64,000 nucleotides of DNA, taken from assembly GCA_003345595.1 (NCBI GenBank), contig PRDI01000058.1:23961-87960 (forward strand). The letters run 5' to 3'. Positions within the stretch are counted from its first letter, which is position 1, and every line of letters begins with the position of its first letter. The translations under genes and the position numbers were made by a program. This DNA comes from Candidatus Thorarchaeota archaeon. GTDB taxonomy: Archaea; Asgardarchaeota; Thorarchaeia; Thorarchaeales; Thorarchaeaceae. Of this stretch, positions 8,142 through 17,554 are shown one piece after another. The notes beneath the pieces are model-generated. The model did no database searches. It was not told where the DNA came from and worked only from the letters and a program-made list of their open reading frames with translations.

Positions 8142-11100
8142 TCATTTCGTGAGCTCTTCTTCTCTGAGCTTCTTCTTGAAGAGTTTCATTGCCACAGTCA
8201 GAGGCAGCTCATCTCTGAATTCTACCCATTTTGGCACGGCATATGGCTTCACTCTCTCCTTCAGGTATTCGATGATATCCTGCTCTGAAACTTTACCTCT
8301 ATATTCAGGTTTCAGCTGGACAAAAGCCTTCACCCTTTCACTTCCAGGTCTTTCAGAATCAGGAACCCCTATCACACCTGCAACATCGACGGCTTCGTGT
8401 GTGTGAAGGATGTCATCAATGACCCTACTGTACACCTTGTTACCCGAAACATTGATCATGTCTTTTAGCCGGTCTACTATTCTGAAGTAGCCGTCACTAT
8501 CCATCTCGACAATATCGCCCATAGGCAACCATCCGCCCTCTCTTAGTCCACTTCCAGGAGTTGGGAAGTACCCCTTCATGACCTGCGGTCCACGGATCCA
8601 GATTTCTCCTCGCTCGTTAAGCGGAAGCTCTTTTCCAGTTTCGGGATCGACGATTTTGACCTCTGTATCAGGTATGGGAATGCCGATGCCCCTCTTTGTT
8701 TCGGTCATGAAACCAGTGACCTTCGAGAGCGCTGACACGTTGATTGTTACGATTGCTGATGACTCTGTTGCGCCATAGCCTTCGCCCATGGGCACTCCCG
8801 TCTTCTTCTCAAACTCCGCAGCAAGATCGGCAGGGAGTGCCGCTGCACCTGAGTAATAGAATATCTGTCCCTTCTTCAGGTCCATCTTGCTCAGCATTGT
8901 ATAGTGAGCTGGGACTGCGAATACAACGAAAGGACGTTGCTTGTTGATTATATCTGCAATCCTCGAGATGTCACGCGGGTCAACCAGGAATATCTTCATA
9001 CCCCATGACACGCATGCATGCACGGCCCAATGGCCGTACGCGTGGAAGATGGGCACACATATCAGACCTGCGCTCTTTCCGATGATTCCCTCCTTCAGAG
9101 GGTCCATCATCCATTGAATTGACTGTATGACGGCACTTGTCAGATTGTAGTGTGTCAACAAGGTCCCTTTTGGAAGCCCTGTGGTGCCTCCCGTGAAGGG
9201 CAGCAGGGCGATATCCTCCTTCGGGTAGATTTCGACAACACCTTCATGCGGCTCGTGCTGTTCTATCAAATCATTGAGAAGGAAGTAGTTGTCATCATCA
9301 ATCTGCTCTGTGTCAGGATATTCATAGTCTGGGAATACCCTTGTAGGGGTGTAGATAACGATTCTCACGCTCGTTTCGGGTTTGACTCGATTGATTCTTT
9401 CAAGACGTCTGGATGAGCATACCACGATCTCAGCTCTACTCTCTTTGAGTTCATACAGCAAATCGTCGTCCTTGTGCATAATGCTTAGAGGTACATGAAT
9501 CGCTCCAATCTTCATTGCTGCATAGTCAGCTATTATGAATTCAGGACATGATGGAAGTACAGTGGCAATTGCGTCCCCCTTCTTCACACCAAGGGCTACG
9601 AAAGCTGATGCAAGCTTGTCAACCTTCATTTTCAGCTCATGATATGTCAAATGCTCATCCAAGTACTCACATGCTTCAATATCAGGGAAATTCGTTGCAG
9701 AGTCCTCTAGAAACTTGTAGACATTTATCTCAGGATACGGAGCCATCGAATGCTTGAGTTTGAAAGGACCAATTTGGTAGCCACTCAACCACGGCTTGTC
9801 ACCAAAGATTTCTGCCGATGTTCTAGATACTGCTGATGCCATCTCCTTTTCAGAAGTAGCCATCTGTTTTGTTTGTGCCCCCGTAGTTCCTCTCCCAAGA
9901 TCCCCATATTCAGGGATCGAATCAGCAACCCATGCAAGATCAAGTTCCTTTAGTTTTTCTCTCGAGGGTCTTCCTTGATGATCCCATCCGCGATACTTGT
10001 AGTATGCATCTAGGAGAACATCCAGTTTCACAACATGCCCCTTCGCTGGCCCTTCGGGCATTGGATCCTCTAGTAGTCGCGGAGGTAGACTGTCATCTCT
10101 TCGTCCAAACCCCTCCCTCAAAATGTATGCCCTCTCCAGGTTATAGATTCTCTCACCTGTCTTGCGAAAGTCATCTGCAGAGAACTCATAGCCCATCAGT
10201 GTGGAAATCAGTTTCGCCCAGTCTTCGGCAGTGAGCACCATCCCCATGAACTTGCAGCCACCAATGGCGTCAAAGATGCCGAATGCATCCTCGAAGTTCT
10301 TGACGACTAATGCTATCTCTGGGATTTCCATTAGTGGATCGCCCACATCCGCATTCTCAACGATCATGAAAGGCATGGAGAGAAAAGCAGGTCCCTCAAT
10401 ATACGCTGTTATGTGATCTCCGCCTCGATTCGCAACAGCATAGGCAAGTCCCGTTATCTTGGCCGCTCTGCTGTCATAACCCGGGAGCTCTAGTCCCTTC
10501 ACATGCATCGCGAATCTCTCAGACCCATTACCTAGTTTCTCAGCCATCCTCATGGTCCCTTCAGCAAGGAGATTCCCTATTCCCTCACGTTTTCCAATCT
10601 TGTGAACAATGTCAACGATAAGTTGCGCATTTCCCCAGGAGAAGTCCATGCCACCAATGTCGTCGTCTTTCAGGATGCCGCGTTGTCTGCATTCCATGGC
10701 AAAGCCAACGCTATTGCCCGCAGAGATTGTGTCAATGCCATACTCATTGCACAGGAAGTGCGCGAGGGTGATGGCTTCTAGGCTGTCCACACCGCACATA
10801 GTCCCAAATGAGCTAATAGTTTCGTATTCCGGGCCCTCTCCCTTGCTCTTGAAAGGTCCCTCCTTGATTTCGGCAATCCTCCCGCAATGGATGGGACAAG
10901 CAAAGCAGGGCTTTCGTCTTACTAGGATGCTATCATTGATTGCCTGCCCGTTGATTTTTTCTGCGTTCTCAAAAACGCCGGTCTGCCAGTTTCTGGTCGG
11001 GATGCCTCCCTTGACATTGACCAGGTCAACCATTGTAGCTGTGCCATAAACCTCTAGGGTCATCTTCAGAAGGCTTTGATTCACCCAGTCGAACCTTTGC

Positions 11101-11777
11101 TTTGCCTCCTGTCTGTATGCGTCTGGGTCTGCAATGGCGATTTCCAGAGTCCCCTTTGATGCTATTGCCTTCAGATTCTTTGAGCCCATGACCGCGCCAA
11201 CGCCGCACCGTCCCGCTGCGCGACCCCAGTTCTCCTCATCGCAGTCGTTCATGATTGCAGCGTACTTTACCAGATTCTCCCCTGCGATACCTATGCAAGC
11301 GACATTGAATTTGGGTCCGTGCCTCTCTCTGAGGATTCTAGTGGTTTCGGAGGTGTTCTTTCCCCATATCTTCCCTGCATCGAACAGCTCCGCCTTTCCA
11401 TCTTCAGTGAGGAGGTAGACCGGACTTGGCGCTCTTCCTTCGAATATTGCACCATCAAAGCCGGAGCGTTTGAAATCTCTCCCCCAGAATCCTGCGGAAT
11501 TTGCCTGGCCCCATCCATTCGTGAGGGGTGACTTTGTTACCACACTGTATCGTCCTGTGCTGGGCGAACTGGTGCCTGTAAGAGGGCCGGTCATGAAGAT
11601 GAGCTTGTTCTCAGGACCAAGGGGGTCAATGCCTTTTTCAGTTTCCTCAAGTAGGATCTTGGTAGCTAGTCCGGCACCACCGAGGTATTTTCGTAAGGTT
11701 TCTTCATCAGGGAATTCCTCCGTTATTGTAGATGTAGTCAGATTGATGCGCAGGATCTTTCCCATGTAGCCATACAT
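8142..11777 (-). CDS. Fused aldehyde:ferredoxin oxidoreductase (AOR, W/Mo-pterin) and AMP-forming long-chain acyl-CoA ligase
   Basis: N-terminal ~620 aa: GRAAGRCGVGAVMGSKNLKA, CFACPIHC, GPEYET, YGIDTIS, RGGDH, DAIGGC. C-terminal ~570 aa: FTGGTTGLPKG, EGYGATE, GWLPMGD, VDRLKDMINVSG, LPLTVAMK. Confidence 0.9.
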   Translation of the reverse strand: MYGYMGKILRINLTTSTITEEFPDEETLRKYLGGAGLATKILLEETEKGIDPLGPENKLIFMTGPLTGTSSPSTGRYSVVTKSPLTNGWGQANSAGFWGRDFKRSGFDGAIFEGRAPSPVYLLTEDGKAELFDAGKIWGKNTSETTRILRERHGPKFNVACIGIAGENLVKYAAIMNDCDEENWGRAAGRCGVGAVMGSKNLKAIASKGTLEIAIADPDAYRQEAKQRFDWVNQSLLKMTLEVYGTATMVDLVNVKGGIPTRNWQTGVFENAEKINGQAINDSILVRRKPCFACPIHCGRIAEIKEGPFKSKGEGPEYETISSFGTMCGVDSLEAITLAHFLCNEYGIDTISAGNSVGFAMECRQRGILKDDDIGGMDFSWGNAQLIVDIVHKIGKREGIGNLLAEGTMRMAEKLGNGSERFAMHVKGLELPGYDSRAAKITGLAYAVANRGGDHITAYIEGPAFLSMPFMIVENADVGDPLMEIPEIALVVKNFEDAFGIFDAIGGCKFMGMVLTAEDWAKLISTLMGYEFSADDFRKTGERIYNLERAYILREGFGRRDDSLPPRLLEDPMPEGPAKGHVVKLDVLLDAYYKYRGWDHQGRPSREKLKELDLAWVADSIPEYGDLGRGTTGAQTKQMATSEKEMASAVSRTSAEIFGDKPWLSGYQIGPFKLKHSMAPYPEINVYKFLEDSATNFPDIEACEYLDEHLTYHELKMKVDKLASAFVALGVKKGDAIATVLPSCPEFIIADYAAMKIGAIHVPLSIMHKDDDLLYELKESRAEIVVCSSRRLERINRVKPETSVRIVIYTPTRVFPDYEYPDTEQIDDDNYFLLNDLIEQHEPHEGVVEIYPKEDIALLPFTGGTTGLPKGTLLTHYNLTSAVIQSIQWMMDPLKEGIIGKSAGLICVPIFHAYGHWAVHACVSWGMKIFLVDPRDISRIADIINKQRPFVVFAVPAHYTMLSKMDLKKGQIFYYSGAAALPADLAAEFEKKTGVPMGEGYGATESSAIVTINVSALSKVTGFMTETKRGIGIPIPDTEVKIVDPETGKELPLNERGEIWIRGPQVMKGYFPTPGSGLREGGWLPMGDIVEMDSDGYFRIVDRLKDMINVSGNKVYSRVIDDILHTHEAVDVAGVIGVPDSERPGSERVKAFVQLKPEYRGKVSEQDIIEYLKERVKPYAVPKWVEFRDELPLTVAMKLFKKKLREEELTK

Positions 11778-11818
11778 GATGAAGTGGACCTCTTGCTATC
11801 TACGAAACGGGGTCATGC

Positions 11819-11830
11819 GCTTTTAAAAGC
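11819..11830. promoter_or_regulatory. Palindromic TATA-like element (GCTTTTAAAAGC) between divergent AOR-ligase and moaD-like genes
   Basis: Perfect 12-bp palindrome near the middle of an 85-bp divergent intergenic region. Confidence 0.6.
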
Positions 11831-11862
11831 CTGATGTTCATCAAGGCGGGTGAGGCGCCCGG

Positions 11863-12147
11863 ATGAAGGTGAAAGTGAAATTCTTCGCGCATCTCAGTGA
11901 GCTCACAGGTAAGAAACCAGTATTCGAGGTCGATGTTGAGGAGGGCGCCACCGTTTCCATGCTCTTGGACAGTCTACTCGTCGACCGGAGGATCAGGGAT
12001 GCCCTGCTGGACGAGAACCAAGAGATCAGGTCCAATATAACTGTCCTCAAGAATGGCAGAGAGATAAAACTCCTGGCGGGAATGGAAACCAAGCTGAGTC
12101 ATGGTGACGAGCTAGCTGTGTTTCCCATGCTTGTCGGAGGTCGATAA
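11863..12147 (+). CDS. MoaD/SAMP ubiquitin-like (beta-grasp) protein
   Basis: MKVKVKFFAHL...VLKNGREI...LSHGDELAVFPMLVGGR, divergent from an AOR gene. Confidence 0.88.
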   Translation: MKVKVKFFAHLSELTGKKPVFEVDVEEGATVSMLLDSLLVDRRIRDALLDENQEIRSNITVLKNGREIKLLAGMETKLSHGDELAVFPMLVGGR

Positions 12148-12262
12148 GTGGTGCATCGAATACCCTAGACCCCTTCAAGCTCAATTTATCAGTAGGACAT
12201 TCCTGTTACAAGAGCATTCAATCGAATTACGATGACCAGTGCTATTCGAAGGATTGATCACT

Positions 12263-12712
12263 ATGCCGAGATTCATGTCAGCTGAATGGCTGAATCTATA
12301 CAAGAATGCGCTCAACAGCAACGATGCCTATGCAAGGGCTGCTTCGTGGTGGACTGGCGACTTCATTTTCGTTGTCAGGGCAAGCGGCAAGTTGGACCAT
12401 GATATTTTTGCTTTCATCGGGTTGACTCACGGTAAGTGCACCGGTGTGAAGCCAATAAAGGGAGAAGACGAATACCAAGTTGTGAAACCTGGTGAGGGTG
12501 CGAGCAGTAAGGACAAGGTTGCCGTAGAGTATGTCTATGAGGCCAAGTATGATGCTTGGCTGAGAATCCTGAGAGGCGAGTTGGATCCTGTCCGCGGGCT
12601 TCTCAGCGGCCAAGCAAGAATCGTTGGAGATATGGCCAAGATTCTCAAGGCTACGGACGCTGCGAAGGAGCTAGTACGAACATCCACCCTGATCGACACG
12701 GAATTCTACTAA
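12263..12712 (+). CDS. SCP2 sterol/lipid-binding domain protein
   Basis: FMSAEW..Y...LN....Y...A..W.GDF and YDAWLRILRGELDPVRGLLSGQARIVGDMAKIL, a typical SCP2 pattern. Start ATG 12263. Confidence 0.8.
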   Translation: MPRFMSAEWLNLYKNALNSNDAYARAASWWTGDFIFVVRASGKLDHDIFAFIGLTHGKCTGVKPIKGEDEYQVVKPGEGASSKDKVAVEYVYEAKYDAWLRILRGELDPVRGLLSGQARIVGDMAKILKATDAAKELVRTSTLIDTEFY

Positions 12713-12732
12713 AGACAACAAGGTGAAGTGTA

Positions 12733-13143
12733 ATGGATGAAGCAGCGCGGGAAATCCTCTTCCATACATTCAAGGCCGTAATAGAAGATGTCATTGCTGA
12801 CAAGCGGAAGAATCCCAAGAACACCACGACTCTTGACGAATATCGAGCCAGGATAAACATAGGTCTGCATGTGGAAGAGGAATTCATATTGTGGGTGAAT
12901 CTTGTTGCTGAAGGCGGCAAGTATGTCGTCAACAAAGGAAAGCTTGATGACTACGATCTACAACTCATATCAGACCCCGAGGATATGATGTACTTCACTA
13001 ACAGGAAATACTCAACGCTGAAGATGATGTTCACAAAGAACAGATTCGGAGAGAGAAGGCTGCTTTTCAGTGGAGGAACGTCTGGCAGAAACTACGGGAA
13101 ACTGTTGAAGCTCCCCAAGGTGCTAGTCTTGGATGGCAAATAG
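12733..13143 (+). CDS. Hypothetical protein, probable SCP2-like fold
   Basis: Beta-rich core followed by YDLQLISDPEDMMYF...LKMMF...RLLFSG...KLLKL, resembling an SCP2 C-terminus. RBS GGTGA; co-oriented with the SCP2 gene. Confidence 0.55.
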   Translation: MDEAAREILFHTFKAVIEDVIADKRKNPKNTTTLDEYRARINIGLHVEEEFILWVNLVAEGGKYVVNKGKLDDYDLQLISDPEDMMYFTNRKYSTLKMMFTKNRFGERRLLFSGGTSGRNYGKLLKLPKVLVLDGK

Positions 13144-13345
13144 GTGAAAAAGCCCTGTATAGAACCATAAACCCTCATAATGAGTAGTTGATTCGGCTGC
13201 AGGAGTTCTTGGAACCAACTCTGACTATCGCTGTGAGAACGACGTTTAGTTGGACGTGATGGGCCGACAAAACACAATACTAGGTGTCGAATACGAGAGT
13301 TGCATGCAAGAGTACTGGAGATTCTCATGCTAACACACGGCATTC

Positions 13346-13590
13346 ATGGGAAGGTGGGGGACCTGTGGGCACATGCACAATGCTCACGTCAGGAACTGTT
13401 TACCTGCCGACGTGTCTGTCAGACTCCTGAAGAAGATGGGAGCGGACATCACGTTCGTCTGCGGATCAGACACTCATGTTACTCTTCTCCTGACTGTAAC
13501 AGAGGCCGCTGGTGTTAGTCACAGAGAACTCTATGTAGAGTACCACGAGCACTACCTGGAGATCGTAGCCAGTTTCCCAATCTTAATAGC
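13346..13590 (+). pseudogene. metG: Degenerate N-terminal fragment of methionyl-tRNA synthetase
   Basis: GHMHNAHVRNCLPADVSVRLLKKMGADITFVCGSDTHVT...GVSHRELYVEYHEHY matches the MetRS HIGH/ADxxxR/GSDxHG region with decayed motifs. Only about 80 codons. Confidence 0.75.
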
Positions 13591-13622
13591 AGTGTTGCAT
13601 CATGTCCGGTCATGTGGTGCAG

Positions 13623-14465
13623 ATGAGGTACGAAGAGAGCAGCTACACAGGATACGATGGCATGCAGATGTTCATGTCGGTATGGACTCCCGACGACGAA
13701 CGGCCCCGTGCTCTCATGGTAGCTATTCACGGGCTTGGAAGTCATGGGTCTGCTCTGACTAACGTCGGCGTCTATCTCAGTGAGCGGGGCATTGCAGTGT
13801 TCGCCCCTGACATGAGGGGCTTTGGTCACTATTCGGGACTGAAGGGGCACGTGATGAACTTCGATGAATACATCGAGGACATCGATAGCGTGGTGACTCA
13901 GGTCAAGATGATGCACCCGTCCAAGCTGACCTTCCTGTTTGGCCACTCGCTGGGGGGTCTTGAAGCGATAAGATATGTCACTACGTATCCCGGCGATGTC
14001 GATGGTCTGATTCTATCCTGCCCTGCGGTTTCTGAACATGTCGAGATCGGGAAGGCAACCAGAGTGGCGGGCTCATTCCTTTCACTACTAAACATTAAGC
14101 GATACTTCGGCTGGCCTACCCAGTTCCAGTACGCCTCACATGACCCAGACGTCGTTCAGGAGCATGAGAACGACGTGCTTAGGTTTGACAAGGTGACACC
14201 CCGACTTGGAATGTCTGCACTGAAAGCTACCCGCAAAGCGTTCGAGTCTGCATCCGGAATAGTGCTCCCAGTCCTTGTGCAGCAGGCGGGTGACGATGTC
14301 TTCGTTATACCTGAGAAGACCAAGTTGTTCTTCGACAGCATTGGTGGATGTGACAAGAGCTGGAAATTGTATGAGGGTCTCTATCACGAACTTCACAATG
14401 AAAATGCGAGGGAGCAGGTACTTGGCGACATGTACGCATGGCTTGAGAAGCGCCTGACGGGATAG
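13623..14465 (+). CDS. Alpha/beta hydrolase, lysophospholipase/monoacylglycerol lipase family
   Basis: HGLGSH, DMRGFG, GHSLGG nucleophile, AGDDVFV and YHELHNE. Start 13623 or 13602. Confidence 0.88.
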   Translation: MRYEESSYTGYDGMQMFMSVWTPDDERPRALMVAIHGLGSHGSALTNVGVYLSERGIAVFAPDMRGFGHYSGLKGHVMNFDEYIEDIDSVVTQVKMMHPSKLTFLFGHSLGGLEAIRYVTTYPGDVDGLILSCPAVSEHVEIGKATRVAGSFLSLLNIKRYFGWPTQFQYASHDPDVVQEHENDVLRFDKVTPRLGMSALKATRKAFESASGIVLPVLVQQAGDDVFVIPEKTKLFFDSIGGCDKSWKLYEGLYHELHNENAREQVLGDMYAWLEKRLTG

Positions 14466-14522
14466 TGAGAAATGGGATCCGAAGGTTTTGACAATCTAGT
14501 TCGGTCCAAAGAAAGGACGGCT

Positions 14523-17276
14523 CTAGCCTCTGCCGACCATGACCGGACGACTGTCATTCATGAATCCTTGTCTTCTCATGACGAGCTTTATGGCTTCTAT
14601 TGAAAGGAAGGTAAACGCGCAGACACCAAAGACTACTTCCACGCCAAGCAACCCGATTGGCACTAGTCCGAATGCGTTGGCTACAGCTGGGATGCTGAAC
14701 AGCCCTATGGTGAGGGCTGCATTCCCAAATACGGCCAGCCATAGCAGACGGTGCGGCCTCACTTCGAATACTGATCGCCTCAAGGAACGACATGTGATTG
14801 CCATCACAAGTTCAATGAATACGAACAAGTAGAAGAGCACACTTCTCGCTTCAAGCAACTGAGGGCTGTTCTCCGGCGTGCCCAAGGGCACCATACTGGC
14901 GAAGATAAACAGGAAGAGAGGGCTTTGGACCAGAACGGAGATCAGATAGAACAGCTTCATATCCTTTGTGAATATGCTCTCCTTGGGACTTCTTGGAGGT
15001 CTTTCCATTATGTCGGGGTCTGCCGGGCTCAACCCAAGAGCGATTGCAGGGAATCCATCGGTGACGAGGTTTATGTAGAGAAGCTGAGCCGGCTCCAGCG
15101 GAAGCGGGTACCCCGCTAATATGGCAACTGAGAGCACTATAATCTCAATCAGATTTGTCTGCAGTAGATATGCAAGGTACTTCTTGATGTTGTCGTAGAT
15201 CCACCTTCCTAACTCAATGGCCTTTTCGATTGTTGCGAAGTTGTCATCTGCAAGTACGAGGTCGGCAGCCTCTTTCGTGACATCGGTCCCTGTGATTCCC
15301 ATGGCAATACCGATGTCTGCCTGTTTTAGAGCTGGAGCGTCATTGACGCCATCGCCGGTCATCGCCACGACCTTTCCACGCTTCTTCCATGCTTTTACGA
15401 TCTTCAGTTTGCGTATCGGCGAAACCCGCGCATAAACGGAAACATCCTCGACGATCTGTTCAAAGTCTTGATCGTCGATGCGCTCCATATCAGAATCCGT
15501 TAGGAACTTGTCACCCTCATTATAGATGCCAACTTCGCGTGCTATGGCCACAGCAGTCAAAGCATGATCGCCAGTTATCATGATGGGCCTGATTCCCACA
15601 GATTTGCATACACTAATCGCCTTGACAGCTTCGGCGCGGGGCGGATCTATCATGCCAGCCAAACCCAGAAAGACTAGGTCCTTCTCAAGTGTTTCTTCAC
15701 TCGAGTCATCGATCTGCGGCCCCTCTCGGTATGCCACAGCCAAGACTCTCAAGGCGCGCCTTGCCATCATCTCATTGGCTTGCAAGATTCTGCCTCTGGA
15801 ATCGCTTCCCATGTCTTGAATTCCGCCAGATGCAAATTCCTTGGTGCAACGGTCAAGCACAACCTCCGGTGCTCCCTTGACGAAGACAAGCTTGCCGCCC
15901 TTCTCGCTATAATGCATTGTTGTCATGCGTTTTCTCTCGGAGCTGAAGGGAACCTCCCCTATCCTGGGGAAGGCACTTCTGATTTCGTGCACTTTGTGCC
16001 CAGACTTCTCGGCGAGAACAATCAATGCTCCCTCTGTCGGGTCTCCCCTGATTCTCCATTTTCCATTCTCAATGACGAGGTCTGCATCATTGCACAGAAC
16101 GCATCCCATGACAAACAACCTGAAACTATCACTGTTCAGGACACCGTCCGGGGCCAGAAGTCTGCCTGTGGGCTCATACCCTTCGCCCTCGACCGCCACC
16201 GTCGAGTCTGCAGCGTAAACCTCTCTAACAGTCATTTCTCCTTTCGTGATTGTCCCTGTCTTGTCAGAGCAGATGACAGTGGTGCACCCTAGGGTTTCCA
16301 CAGCTGACATTCTGCGTACGAGCGCATTGGCATGCGCCATTCTATGCATACCTATTGCGAGACTTCCCGTCACGACTGCCGGCAGTGCTTCAGGAACGGC
16401 TGCCACTGCAAGAGCTATTCCGAAGAGTATCATTTCGAGGGCAAAGGCCGGACGGAACAGGCCGTACACTATGAAGTCCCTAAGTAGTCCCACGGCTATT
16501 ACTGCAACGCATACACCCAGCGAGAGTGCACCAAGCCACTTGCCAATCTCCTTAGTCCGTTTCTCAAGAGGTGTTTCCTCTTTGTCCACGGTTGTTACTT
16601 GGCGCGCGATCTTGCCAAATTCAGTATTCATCCCAGTGGCAGTTACTACAGCAAGTCCCTTCCCATATGTCACTTCCGTGCCTGAAAGAACCAGATTCTT
16701 CCTGTCAGGGAGGGGGGTGTCAGGCTCAATCGTCTCTTCAGTCTTGGATACGGGCAACGACTCGCCAGTGATTGCTGCCTCGTTCACCTTGATGTTACAG
16801 ACCTCAATGAGGCGCCCGTCCGCAGGAATCTTGTCCCCCTCTTTGAGCATGAGGATGTCACCAGGCACAACCTCCTTGGTAGGCACCTCGAGTGCTTGAT
16901 TGTCACGTAGGACTGTTGTGCAAGGTGTAAGCATCTTCTGCAGTGCCAAGAGAGCCCTCTCCGCCCTGTATTCTTGCGTGAAGCCCAAGATTGCAGAGAT
17001 GATAACGATCACCAGAATCAGTAAAGCATCTACGATCTCGCCGACAAGAAACGAGATCCCAACCGCAATGAGAAGTATGACAACGAGAGTTTCGGTGAAC
17101 TGTCTGAGAAGTATCCTTAAGGGGCTCTCAGTTTCGGCTCTCATTAGCTCGTTTGGTCCATACTCTTGCAGTCTTTCAATAGCATCAGCGCGACCAAGAC
17201 CTGCCCGGCTCGTACTCAGCTTCATCAAGACGGTCTGTGAATCTTGAGAGTGCCAAGCCTCTTCCGTTGATGTCAT
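14523..17276 (-). CDS. Type II (Ca2+-transporting-like) P-type ATPase
   Basis: [38 protein letters not shown] and INLVTDG. Confidence 0.93.
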   Translation of the reverse strand: MTSTEEAWHSQDSQTVLMKLSTSRAGLGRADAIERLQEYGPNELMRAETESPLRILLRQFTETLVVILLIAVGISFLVGEIVDALLILVIVIISAILGFTQEYRAERALLALQKMLTPCTTVLRDNQALEVPTKEVVPGDILMLKEGDKIPADGRLIEVCNIKVNEAAITGESLPVSKTEETIEPDTPLPDRKNLVLSGTEVTYGKGLAVVTATGMNTEFGKIARQVTTVDKEETPLEKRTKEIGKWLGALSLGVCVAVIAVGLLRDFIVYGLFRPAFALEMILFGIALAVAAVPEALPAVVTGSLAIGMHRMAHANALVRRMSAVETLGCTTVICSDKTGTITKGEMTVREVYAADSTVAVEGEGYEPTGRLLAPDGVLNSDSFRLFVMGCVLCNDADLVIENGKWRIRGDPTEGALIVLAEKSGHKVHEIRSAFPRIGEVPFSSERKRMTTMHYSEKGGKLVFVKGAPEVVLDRCTKEFASGGIQDMGSDSRGRILQANEMMARRALRVLAVAYREGPQIDDSSEETLEKDLVFLGLAGMIDPPRAEAVKAISVCKSVGIRPIMITGDHALTAVAIAREVGIYNEGDKFLTDSDMERIDDQDFEQIVEDVSVYARVSPIRKLKIVKAWKKRGKVVAMTGDGVNDAPALKQADIGIAMGITGTDVTKEAADLVLADDNFATIEKAIELGRWIYDNIKKYLAYLLQTNLIEIIVLSVAILAGYPLPLEPAQLLYINLVTDGFPAIALGLSPADPDIMERPPRSPKESIFTKDMKLFYLISVLVQSPLFLFIFASMVPLGTPENSPQLLEARSVLFYLFVFIELVMAITCRSLRRSVFEVRPHRLLWLAVFGNAALTIGLFSIPAVANAFGLVPIGLLGVEVVFGVCAFTFLSIEAIKLVMRRQGFMNDSRPVMVGRG

Positions 17277-17554
17277 TGCCTCTCACCGGGCCGGCAGCGC
17301 GACGTCGGTCACCATGTGGCTTGCCTTGACATTCGAGCGACCCGACCCTAATGGATCCGGGTGATGTCAAGACGTAGACTTATGGCCGAATGTTGCCAGA
17401 CGCAGCCTACGGGTTGTCGTGCTGGCACCTGAGCCGACAAACAGACGAGATAACTGTTTCGTCAGCGGTACTTCTGGGAGATAGTATCCTATGTCGAAAG
17501 CATTAAGACCACACTGCGGTTAGTGCTCTGCAGAACACCCGGAAGCACAACACC

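Noticed and set aside
17338-17371. Resemblance to an IS200/IS605 right end (hairpin followed by GATGTCAA)
   Set aside because: No tnpA/tnpB or left end nearby; the sequence is explained as one helix of the ATPase leader.
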